The translations under genes and the position numbers were made by a program. Positions 47,321 through 55,068 of a stretch of 64,000 bases of DNA are shown one piece after another. The notes under the pieces are model-generated. The model did no database searches, was not told where the DNA came from, and was given only the letters and a program-made list of their open reading frames with translations. The stretch's first letter is position 1; each line of letters opens with the position of its first letter. The stretch is from an uncultured Candidatus Saccharibacteria bacterium. GTDB lineage: Bacteria > Patescibacteriota > Saccharimonadia > Saccharimonadales > Saccharimonadaceae. Location: positions 68,337 to 132,336 of the forward strand of contig CAYMOS010000004.1 of assembly GCA_964392265.1 (NCBI GenBank). Reading direction: 5' to 3'.

Positions 47321-48857
47321 AATACGGATTTTTTACGGAAAGGTCGCCCGAAAGGGCGGCTTTTTCGGTGGCGGCGCGCAGCGCCAGCCACGGGTTTTTC
47401 AGGGGGGAGATTTGAGATTGGTCGCCACTCGTGGCGACTTTTTTGTTTGTTAAAAACAGGTTCAACCCAAAGATTTCTCGCAAAAGTGTCTTTTTCGCGC
47501 CAAAGTCGTCAGAATGAGCGGCAGAACAGATAGCGACAGCCTTTTCTAGCCATATTCTCATGGGTTCAACCCACCGACTTTGTCCAACCGCAACGTCGCT
47601 CATTTGTTCTTCTAAAGACTTCTTTTCGCTCATTATCTCGGCTTTCTTGGCAAGATATACATCGCGCTCTATCACTTCGTCTAGGTAACTATCAAGAAGT
47701 CTTTGCAATTTCCCCGACAGGTGCGCCAGTTGTCCGTTTAGCTCCGCCAACGCCGCGCCGCTTTCGGCTTGCTCTTTCTGTTCCGCCTCGTCTATACGCT
47801 CGCGCAACCAGTCGCCCCAGCCGTCAGGCAGGGCAAATTGCGCCAGCAATACAGACAATTCATTGTCTAGCGGTTCGCTCCGCACAGGTTTTTCAACACA
47901 CGCCACCGTTTTGCTCTTGCGAGTGCAACGATAATACACATAATTATGCACGTTGCCGTTTTTCTGCCGCTTGGTCTTGTTCTCGGCGGTAATCATCATG
48001 CCGCACGAGCATTTCAACAGTCCGCAATACGGCGCAGGCTCTCGGCTATGGTCTTGCTCCCGAAAACACCGTTGCGCCACCACCGCTTGCACGCGGTCAA
48101 ATAGTTTTTTAGAAATAAGCGGTGTATGCTTACCCTCGTACAGCTCGCCCTTATACACGAAGTGTCCGTAGTAAAACGGATTGGTCAAAATCTGTTTTAC
48201 TTTATCGGGTTTATACATCTTGCCACCTTTTGTCTTTACGCCATTGGCGTACAAATACTTGGCAATATCTATAAATCTACTTTCATTTTTTGCATACAAC
48301 TCAAACGCACCTATCGCAAGCGGCGCACGCCGCTTGTCTACTTTTATTGTCTTTGTGCGCATGTCGTTATAGTAGCCAAGCTTTGCCAGTCCTGGGTATT
48401 CGCCGCGCCGCAGTTTCTCGCGCAGTCCGCGCTTAGTGTTCACCGACAAATTATCTACATACTGTTTAGATGAATTAAACTCGTTAGCAAGCATATATTT
48501 GCCTTGCGGTGTATTTTCAAACCAGAAATGAGGAAATTTCAGGTCAAGTAGTACCTGCTCGTCCAGCATATAAATGATTTTGCCGCTATCTATGCTATTG
48601 CGAGATAGTCGGTCAGGCATCCACGCCAAAATGCCGTTTGCCTCGCCGTTTTCTATGCGCTCCAGCATTATGTTGAACTTTTTTCGCCCTGGTTTCTTGG
48701 CGGTTTCTTTTTCTATAATCACGTCAACAATGTAAATGCCCATGCGCGCGGCGAACTCTTTGAGCTCGGCGATTTGTGCCGCAATAGATAATACTTGTTT
48801 GTCCTCTACGTCCGTGCTTTTACGAACGTACAAGAAATAGATGAGCCGAGGCAACAT
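47250..48857 (-). CDS. Large serine recombinase
   Basis: YVRKSTDVEDKQ catalytic-Ser block, MPDRLSRN, KLGYYND, NPFYYGHFVYKGELYEGKHTPLI and CSCG...YYRCTRK...C ribbon. AAGGTGG RBS before the ATG at 48857. The C-terminal about 55 codons lie in repeat A and antisense tRNA-Lys. Confidence 0.85.
   Translation of the reverse strand: MLPRLIYFLYVRKSTDVEDKQVLSIAAQIAELKEFAARMGIYIVDVIIEKETAKKPGRKKFNIMLERIENGEANGILAWMPDRLSRNSIDSGKIIYMLDEQVLLDLKFPHFWFENTPQGKYMLANEFNSSKQYVDNLSVNTKRGLREKLRRGEYPGLAKLGYYNDMRTKTIKVDKRRAPLAIGAFELYAKNESRFIDIAKYLYANGVKTKGGKMYKPDKVKQILTNPFYYGHFVYKGELYEGKHTPLISKKLFDRVQAVVAQRCFREQDHSREPAPYCGLLKCSCGMMITAENKTKRQKNGNVHNYVYYRCTRKSKTVACVEKPVRSEPLDNELSVLLAQFALPDGWGDWLRERIDEAEQKEQAESGAALAELNGQLAHLSGKLQRLLDSYLDEVIERDVYLAKKAEIMSEKKSLEEQMSDVAVGQSRWVEPMRIWLEKAVAICSAAHSDDFGAKKTLLREIFGLNLFLTNKKVATSGDQSQISPLKNPWLALRAATEKAALSGDLSVKNPYLEGHLRLELRTPCLRGRCSNQLS
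47316..47420. repeat. Inverted repeat A, left arm (105 nt)
   Basis: Exact reverse complement of 49071-49175, checked base by base. Contains the hairpin GTCGCCC gaaa GGGCGGC + TTTTT, which would terminate tRNA-Lys. Confidence 0.9.
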
Positions 48858-49070
48858 ACACACCACCTTTACTTGCACTCAAAAAGCCGCTTCGCTGGAA
48901 TACAAATCAGGCAAAACCCGAATTGTGCGAAACGGCTATTTGAGTGGTCAAATAGTAGAAGTTTTGCCGATTGATTTGTATTCCACTTACCATTATATCA
49001 CGGAGCGGACGACGCGGAGCGTGTCGGCTATGCCGACGTAACAAACAAAAAAACCATGCCGTAGGCATGG

Positions 49071-49175
49071 CAATCTCAAATCTCCCCCCTGAAAAACCCG
49101 TGGCTGGCGCTGCGCGCCGCCACCGAAAAAGCCGCCCTTTCGGGCGACCTTTCCGTAAAAAATCCGTATTTGGAG
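49071..49175. repeat. Inverted repeat A, right arm (105 nt)
   Basis: Exact reverse complement of 47316-47420. Its last 7 nt (TTTGGAG) are shared with repeat B. Confidence 0.9.
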
Positions 49176-49440
49176 CGAATTTTTATCTTCGCTAGAACCT
49201 ATTTTACCGCACCAGAGCCAAAAACACCACCCCTGTGGCAACCAACCGACAATCTGTGGAATACGCCGCGTGCCGAGCGTAAGCGAGGTAAGCAGGCGAA
49301 AAAGCAATAGCGATCTCCAGCCGCGCCGCCTAGCACGGCAAGCCGTGCTGCGCCCCACCAGAAAAACCCTTTGATTTTTTGAGATTTTCCCCCCCGCCGA
49401 ATTTCTTTTTTAGTTGTAAAGGGTGTTTCTGGTGGTTCGC
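49169..49440. repeat. Inverted repeat B, left arm (272 nt)
   Basis: Exact reverse complement of 52846-53117, checked in blocks. The ORF track confirms it with identical 63-aa translations MGRSTACRARRRGW... on opposite strands (48993..49358 and 52928..53191). Confidence 0.9.
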
Positions 49441-49675
49441 TGTCGCTTTAGCGACTTGGCGGCTCATATTTTATCGCACTCGTGGTAAAAATTACTGATT
49501 TACGGTATAATGAAAGCGTCTAGGTAAAACAACAAGAGAGCAGTCTTTTTGACTGTTGCCAAGCTTAAAAAGCGGCAACCATTCGAAAAGACACGGAGCT
49601 TGGCTCTTGTTGTTTGGCCTAGACAACCTAGAATGGTTGTCGTTTTTAATTTTAGAGAAAGAGAGGAACAGCGAC

Positions 49676-50212
49676 ATGAAATCAGCAAGCAAAACGGAAC
49701 AGACAGGCAGTCAGGGGCTTGCGATTGCGTCGCTCGTTCTCGGTATTTTAGCAATCGTTACATCTCTTGTATGGTATATCGGCATTACGCTTGGTATTCT
49801 TGCTATTGTCTTTGGTGTAATTTCAATCAAAAACGGACGAGGAAAAGCAATCGCTGGCATTGTTATGGGTAGTATTGGTATCGTGTTAAGCCTGCTTATT
49901 GTTTGGCTCGTACAGGCAGCACTCCCTAGTATGCAGCAAAGCCAACGCGATATGGCACGTAGAAACGACGTTAGCGTTATCACTACGGACGTTACGTCAT
50001 TTATGACAGAAAATCGCGGACAATTGCCAAGTGCAAGCGACCTTACGACTTCTAGTCTTACGCAAATTACCACCGTAACCGAAAGCGGTACGCCGACCAC
50101 CGACACCGCCGTATACAAGGCAGGTGTAAATTGCGACGGCGCAGCCTCAACGCGCGCATATGCAATCACGGTACTTCTTGAAAACGGTTCAGAATACTGC
50201 CTGGGGTCGTAA
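49676..50212 (+). CDS. DUF4190-like membrane protein with pilin-like C-terminal domain (178 aa)
   Basis: GAGAGAGG RBS region before the ATG at 49676. GLAIASLVLGILAIV...GILAIVFGVISI...AIAGIVMGSIGIV is a DUF4190 pattern. QSQRDMARRNDVSVITTDVTSFMTENRGQLP resembles the conserved helix of type IV pilins. Confidence 0.6.
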   Translation: MKSASKTEQTGSQGLAIASLVLGILAIVTSLVWYIGITLGILAIVFGVISIKNGRGKAIAGIVMGSIGIVLSLLIVWLVQAALPSMQQSQRDMARRNDVSVITTDVTSFMTENRGQLPSASDLTTSSLTQITTVTESGTPTTDTAVYKAGVNCDGAASTRAYAITVLLENGSEYCLGS

Positions 50213-50228
50213 AAAGTAGGCATTAGAC

Positions 50229-50762
50229 ATGGACACTCTAAAATCTATCGGCGGCACTCTGCTAGGAATAGCGATTTTTGTCGGTATAATCATTGCGACT
50301 ATACTTTTCTTTACGCTCGGCGCAAAAGTAGCATTTGAGATTGCACCATTTATCAACTGGCTTGCTGGCATACTTTTTGTTATCAACCTTGCTTTATTGC
50401 TTGTTGCGATCATACCGAAAGCGCGCGGCGTTGTTGGTTTAATCATCTACATCTCGTCCTACGTCTACGGCTTGTCTGCATGGATTTATGGTCTAGCGGT
50501 TACGTTGGCATTGTGGGGATGGCTGGCCGTGATTATCGGTCTATTCTTGGGCGGTATCGGCGTTGTGCCAATCGGTATGCTCGCGTCAATGTTTAATGGC
50601 GAGTGGGGTATTTTCTGGACACTCCTATTTACTGCCGTACTGACGTATGGTTCACGAATAGTCGGCTATGCACTTGCAAATAGTAGCGCAGGCGCAGCTA
50701 ATGACGAAGTGATAGACATTGAGCCGACAGATAATAAACGAACTTGGGGAGAGATAGAGTAA
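50229..50762 (+). CDS. Hypothetical polytopic membrane protein (177 aa) ending in TWGEIE
   Basis: Five to six hydrophobic helices. Its stop overlaps the next start (TAATG). Confidence 0.6.
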   Translation: MDTLKSIGGTLLGIAIFVGIIIATILFFTLGAKVAFEIAPFINWLAGILFVINLALLLVAIIPKARGVVGLIIYISSYVYGLSAWIYGLAVTLALWGWLAVIIGLFLGGIGVVPIGMLASMFNGEWGIFWTLLFTAVLTYGSRIVGYALANSSAGAANDEVIDIEPTDNKRTWGEIE

Positions 50763-51130
50763 TGACAAAGCAGAAACAGAGCCTAAAACTACCGATATTT
50801 TTGATTGTTGCGCCCATAGCTGGATTGATACTCTCGGTAATTTTGTACGCGATTGTTAATTTTATCGTTGCAAGTTCAATGCCAGAAACAACGCCTAGCA
50901 TTTCTGAGGGCGCAGGCATAGCGCAAGGAGTAGACGCGCAGAGCGATTTGTATGGTGAAACGCCCGTATTCCAGACGATTGCAAATGTCGTACTATTCCT
51001 ACTTGGTAGCATTAGTTTATTGGCATTTGTACCATGTCTTGTAGTCGGTATTATTATGATAAATAGACGACGCAGCGCGCAAACATCATCAGAAGATAAT
51101 ACATCAAGAGATTGGGGAGATTTAGAATAA
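50762..51130 (+). CDS. Hypothetical 2-TM membrane protein (122 aa) ending in DWGDLE
   Basis: Start at ATG 50762 (MTKQKQSLKLPIFLIV). Its stop overlaps the next start (TAATG). Confidence 0.55.
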   Translation: MTKQKQSLKLPIFLIVAPIAGLILSVILYAIVNFIVASSMPETTPSISEGAGIAQGVDAQSDLYGETPVFQTIANVVLFLLGSISLLAFVPCLVVGIIMINRRRSAQTSSEDNTSRDWGDLE

Positions 51131-51936
51131 TGCAACTACCCCACTCGGAAACACGCGAAAGCTACACGCGACATGTCAAAGTCATTGAGGCAAATCTAAA
51201 AGACGCAACATCAGGCGATCTTGACACCGCGCTACTCGCACAAGTCCAAAAGCGGCTTGATGCACTCGCCGATAAATATCAATACAGCGAGGAAATCGGG
51301 AAAGCAAGATACAAACTTTACGAGCTACAGGCGCTTGTTCACTATTTCAGCGGTTACGATGATGATGCGCTAGACTTTATCAACCAAGCGATTGAAATGC
51401 GCGGCGATAGCTACGCGCGAGCCGAAAAACTAAAAACACAATTACTAACAAAGGCGCACGCTACCAATCCGAAAATAATGACCAAGCAACAGCGCCGCAA
51501 AAAACTTATAGGACTTGAGGGCTGGCTGGCGTTTTTTGTTGTTAGTGTTTCAATTTCAACACTGGCTTATGCTATCGCGGCTATTTTTAGTATCATCAAT
51601 CTAAACAACCTACCGAATACCGCCGACGCGTACGCGTCGGGTCTATTAAGTCCATACTACAGTTTCCTTGCGTTCGCGGCTGTCGTAATGGTCGGCGCTG
51701 GAATATGGCTTATCGTCCTACTGGCAAAATGGAAGAGGCTTGCTCGTTGGGTTGGTATCGCGTTTCTGTCATCTGCCGTCGTGATAGCTTTCATTGATTA
51801 TATGTGGTACGCAGACTTACTGACTAAACTAACAGGGCTTGGGCCGAATAGCGCAAGTGGTGGTACATTTGTTGCAATTCTCTGGATTATTTACCTTTGT
51901 GTTTCTCGGAGAGTAAAAAGGACGCTAACAAAATGA
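51130..51936 (+). CDS. Helical (TPR-like) N-terminal domain fused to a DUF2569-like 4-TM domain (268 aa)
   Basis: YKLYELQALVHYFSGYDDDALDFINQAIEMRGDSY looks like a TPR-type helix pair. GLEGWLAFFVV plus three more helices resemble DUF2569. Confidence 0.55.
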   Translation: MQLPHSETRESYTRHVKVIEANLKDATSGDLDTALLAQVQKRLDALADKYQYSEEIGKARYKLYELQALVHYFSGYDDDALDFINQAIEMRGDSYARAEKLKTQLLTKAHATNPKIMTKQQRRKKLIGLEGWLAFFVVSVSISTLAYAIAAIFSIINLNNLPNTADAYASGLLSPYYSFLAFAAVVMVGAGIWLIVLLAKWKRLARWVGIAFLSSAVVIAFIDYMWYADLLTKLTGLGPNSASGGTFVAILWIIYLCVSRRVKRTLTK

Positions 51937-52306
51937 CACAGCACAAAGAAAACTATTCATGGGTGTATATCGGACTTGCCGTACTTATTGGCGGCGCGAT
52001 TTTGTACTTTCTCTTTTTTCGTCTGGCTCTGGCTATGTAAAAGTAAAATACCGTGATGACAAAGTGGACGTATCGGCAAGCAACTTTACACCGCTAGACA
52101 AAACCGACGCAACCGTTAAGGGCGCATGGTACGACAGCGGCAACGAGTATATGATTATAAAACTCGGTAGCACCTATTATCATTACTGCGGTATGCCAAG
52201 CAGCGCTTGGCGCGACTTTTCGTCGGCAAGTTCACCATATCGGGCATATCAAGACGACATCAAAGGCAATTTTGACTGTCGCGTAAATCCTGTGCCGAGA
52301 TACTAG
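51933..52306 (+). pseudogene. KTSC-domain protein with N-terminal TM anchor, interrupted by a frameshift at a T6 run
   Basis: Frame 1 (ATG at 51933, ATGA overlap with the upstream stop) reads MTQHKENYSWVYIGLAVLIGGAILYFLFF and stops at 52040. The -1 frame continues SSGSGYVKVKY...GAWYDSGNEYMIIKLGSTYYHYCGMPSSAWRDF (KTSC-like). One extra T in the run at 52014-52019 would join the two. Confidence 0.55.
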
Positions 52307-52308
52307 CC

Positions 52309-52623
52309 ATGAAAAATAATATTTCAATCAACAAATACTTACTTGTCGGGCTTATCGCCGCCGCGTTAGCAGGCGGCGTTTACGCTGGCTTTTACTACAC
52401 TAATCAACATTATCAAAACAAAGAGGCTCGCGCACTACGCGAGGAAGCCGAAATATACGAGAAAAACCTGATTTGCGAGGCGCGCGTTCAGCGCGGCAAA
52501 ACAGGAGAGATTAAAAGCGACTATTTCATTTTTGAGCGAAGCGCAAAAAAGGAAGATTGCGAAAAGTTTATAGATTATAAAAACCTACCAGACGACACAG
52601 AGGGCGCTTGGTTAGGCTTTTAG
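52309..52623 (+). CDS. Hypothetical N-terminally anchored small protein (104 aa)
   Basis: TM helix YLLVGLIAAALAGGVYAGFYY followed by a charged soluble part. Confidence 0.5.
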   Translation: MKNNISINKYLLVGLIAAALAGGVYAGFYYTNQHYQNKEARALREEAEIYEKNLICEARVQRGKTGEIKSDYFIFERSAKKEDCEKFIDYKNLPDDTEGAWLGF

Positions 52624-52845
52624 TGGGCAATGTGCGACTGCCAACGGCATAAAGGCGGCGTTAGCCGTCTTTATATTTCTAGCGAAGCTACGCTATATCT
52701 GGTGTGAGTACACCAGATATAGCGTGTATTTCATACTTTCGGTTTATTTGCTGCTTGCTCGTTAGTCGTTACACTTGCAGGACTAGGGCGCGTAGCGCGT
52801 CGGCTTTGCCGACTAAAGCCACGCCGCCTCCACCGCTTGCGGTGG

Positions 52846-53117
52846 GCGAACCACCAGAAACACCCTTTACAACTAAAAAAGAAATTCGGCGGGGGGGAAA
52901 ATCTCAAAAAATCAAAGGGTTTTTCTGGTGGGGCGCAGCACGGCTTGCCGTGCTAGGCGGCGCGGCTGGAGATCGCTATTGCTTTTTCGCCTGCTTACCT
53001 CGCTTACGCTCGGCACGCGGCGTATTCCACAGATTGTCGGTTGGTTGCCACAGGGGTGGTGTTTTTGGCTCTGGTGCGGTAAAATAGGTTCTAGCGAAGA
53101 TAAAAATTCGCTCCAAA
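52846..53117. repeat. Inverted repeat B, right arm (272 nt), ending in CTCCAAA
   Basis: Exact reverse complement of 49169-49440. Confidence 0.9.
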
Positions 53118-53152
53118 GTAATAATCCCTCCTCTGTGAGGGATTATTACTTT
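53118..53152 (+). terminator. Displaced native terminator of tRNA-Lys
   Basis: GTAATAATCCCTC ctctgt GAGGGATTATTAC TTT, a perfect 13-bp stem, directly after the CTCCAAA repeat. Confidence 0.7.
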
Positions 53153-54801
53153 ATATGTGGTATACTAATATCTAGATTTGAGCACCCGTAGCTCAGTGGA
53201 TTAGAGCATTTGTCTTCGGAACAAAGGGTCGTACGTTCGAATCGTACCGGGTGTACCAAATGTAAATCAGAGGACTCTTCGGGGTCCTTTTTGATTGCTG
53301 CCAATCTGTAAAGGATACTCAAAGTGCCCGTTCCAAAATCATTCTGCTTGCAGTCCCATTCCAGTCCCTCAGGGTAGATGATCTTCTGAAATAGCATCCG
53401 CGACTCGTAGTCTGCGTCCCTCCAGAGCTTTGCTGGGGTCATTATGAAGTTACAGACGTACTCTATCGTGCTTTCACTGATGCGCTGCACCTTTTCTAGT
53501 CTCTCTATATCTTCATCGTAGCTTATACGCTCCTTATTCTTGCCTGTTTCGTATATGTCGTAGGCTTCCTGCGATATCTTTTCGTCTACGAGCTTCTGGA
53601 GGGCTTTCTGGATGTCCTTATCTATTGCAGCTAGCTTTGCCCTCGTAGCCTTTAGATCGCTATTGACGTCTGCCAATTTCTTCTGCGCCGTATTGCGGAT
53701 AACTGCCTTGAAAAGCTTGATACCTGCCTCTGTCGGCGTGATCGTCTGTAAAAGATCATGAAACTTCTCGTGCATAGTCTCTATGTTGACGGAGGACATA
53801 GCCTTACATTCGCTACAGTGGTATCGGGGAGAGCTTTTGCCAGAGCCATTCGTCGGTGCAGAGCCTCGGATCTTGTTTTTGCAGCCAGAGCATACCAAGA
53901 ACGCCTTAAGTGGGTATAGGTAGTCGTTCTCTTCCTTGCGCTCGTAGACTGGCTTATTGCCAGCAAGTATTCTCTGATTCTTCTCGTAGGTCTCCATTGT
54001 GATGAGCCCATCCCATTGCGCCTTTATCATCTTGTCATCTGTCAGTCGCTTGCCGCAGACATAGCCAGCGTATAAAGGGTTGCGTAGTATGCGGTTCATC
54101 TGATTGAATGAAAATCTTTCACTATCACTGTCTGGTTGTAACTTGATATCCCCTGCGTAATCCACGAGACCCGTAACAGTTAGATCGCCAACACTAAACC
54201 TATTAAGAACATTCGTAAGCTTCTCGGCTCTATCGTTTGCTGTGTCGGGAGTGAGCGATAGGCGTGCTTTTGTGCCTTTCTCTCCTGAGGGTACTTTAAG
54301 GGGCAGAAATCCATAGGGAGCCTTAGATTGCCACCAACCCTGCCGTGCTACTGTTTTCATGTTATCTTTGACGGTCTCTGCCTTGACGTTGTTGTCGAGC
54401 TGATGGAACGCGATGGATATATTTTGGATAAACCTACCGTACGGCGTCTCGTCTATATTCTCCTGCGTTGACCTGAGGAGTACACCGTTACCTAGGAGTG
54501 CGGGAGCAATCGTCGTAGAGAACGACTGAAGGTCTCTTGATATACGACTTGTGTTGTAGACGATCACGTAGTCTATCTCGCCTCGATGTGTGCGAATATC
54601 AGTAAGCATCTCCTGTAGCTTCTCTCGATTGGCTGTAGAGGCAGATACGCCCTCATCTGAGTACCAGCCAACAACTTCAACGTTATTGGCTGTTGCATAG
54701 CGAAGAATAGCCTGCTGTTGATTAGTCAGCGATGCGCCATCTACCTGCTCCTCGGTAGATACTCTGATGTAGCCGTAGGCATACTTTTTGAGGTCTTTCA
54801 T
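53146..54801 (-). CDS. Large serine recombinase
   Basis: YGYIRVSTEEQ catalytic-Ser block, YNTSRISRD, PYGFLPL, NPLYAGYV and CSGC...YHCSEC ribbon. Start placed at ATG 54801 (MKDLKKY, with GGAG 8 nt upstream). The ORF tail runs antisense through the whole tRNA-Arg. Confidence 0.85.
   Translation of the reverse strand: MKDLKKYAYGYIRVSTEEQVDGASLTNQQQAILRYATANNVEVVGWYSDEGVSASTANREKLQEMLTDIRTHRGEIDYVIVYNTSRISRDLQSFSTTIAPALLGNGVLLRSTQENIDETPYGRFIQNISIAFHQLDNNVKAETVKDNMKTVARQGWWQSKAPYGFLPLKVPSGEKGTKARLSLTPDTANDRAEKLTNVLNRFSVGDLTVTGLVDYAGDIKLQPDSDSERFSFNQMNRILRNPLYAGYVCGKRLTDDKMIKAQWDGLITMETYEKNQRILAGNKPVYERKEENDYLYPLKAFLVCSGCKNKIRGSAPTNGSGKSSPRYHCSECKAMSSVNIETMHEKFHDLLQTITPTEAGIKLFKAVIRNTAQKKLADVNSDLKATRAKLAAIDKDIQKALQKLVDEKISQEAYDIYETGKNKERISYDEDIERLEKVQRISESTIEYVCNFIMTPAKLWRDADYESRMLFQKIIYPEGLEWDCKQNDFGTGTLSILYRLAAIKKDPEESSDLHLVHPVRFERTTLCSEDKCSNPLSYGCSNLDISIPHIK
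53182..53258 (+). tRNA. tRNA-Arg (anticodon UCG), CCA encoded
   Basis: GCACCCG TA GCTC AGTGGATTA GAGC A TTTGT CTTCGGA ACAAA GGGTC GTACG TTCGAAT CGTAC CGGGTGT A CCA (G1-U72 wobble). Preceded by a TGTGGTATACT extended -10-like element. Confidence 0.88.
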
Positions 54802-54823
54802 AGTTGACTCCATTATAGTATAC

Positions 54824-54964
54824 CTACTGGTTTTCTGGAACTTTTACATTAAGCAATAACAGTACGCTTATCTGTTCCATAAAGTTAAGCAGTTTTATTA
54901 GGTCATCATCGCTGATGTCCTCTTGTGTTGCGCCCAGAATCTTCCGAGCCTCTTTGATGGTCAT
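54824..54964 (-). CDS. Candidate 46-aa protein upstream of the recombinase (MTIKEARKILGATQEDISDDDLIKLLNFMEQISVLLLLNVKVPENQ)
   Basis: Too short for the ORF track. AAAGGAGG RBS 5 nt before the ATG at 54964. Confidence 0.4.
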   Translation of the reverse strand: MTIKEARKILGATQEDISDDDLIKLLNFMEQISVLLLLNVKVPENQ

Positions 54965-55068
54965 ATAGACCTCCTTTCTTTTAGTGTTATAGAAAGGAGT
55001 ATAAAAGGTGGAAATCGCCTGACAGTCGCCACTTTGGCGATAATGTAGAGATGCCCGACTAGCAGGGG

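Larger units (their letters stand above)
47316..53117. mobile_element. Integrative/invertible island (about 5.8 kb) in the 3' end of tRNA-Lys
   Basis: CTCCAAA occurs at 47316-47322 and 53111-53117. The second copy is followed by a perfect hairpin terminator that fits the displaced tRNA-Lys terminator. The island holds a serine recombinase, two inverted-repeat pairs and six cargo genes. Confidence 0.7.

Noticed and set aside
48993-49358. Identical Arg/Trp/Leu-rich ORFs (MGRSTACRARRRGWRSLLLF...) here and at 52928..53191.
   Set aside because: The identity is a by-product of inverted repeat B. They have no RBS and a composition unlike real proteins. I treat them as non-coding repeat sequence, although a repeat-encoded peptide cannot be fully excluded.
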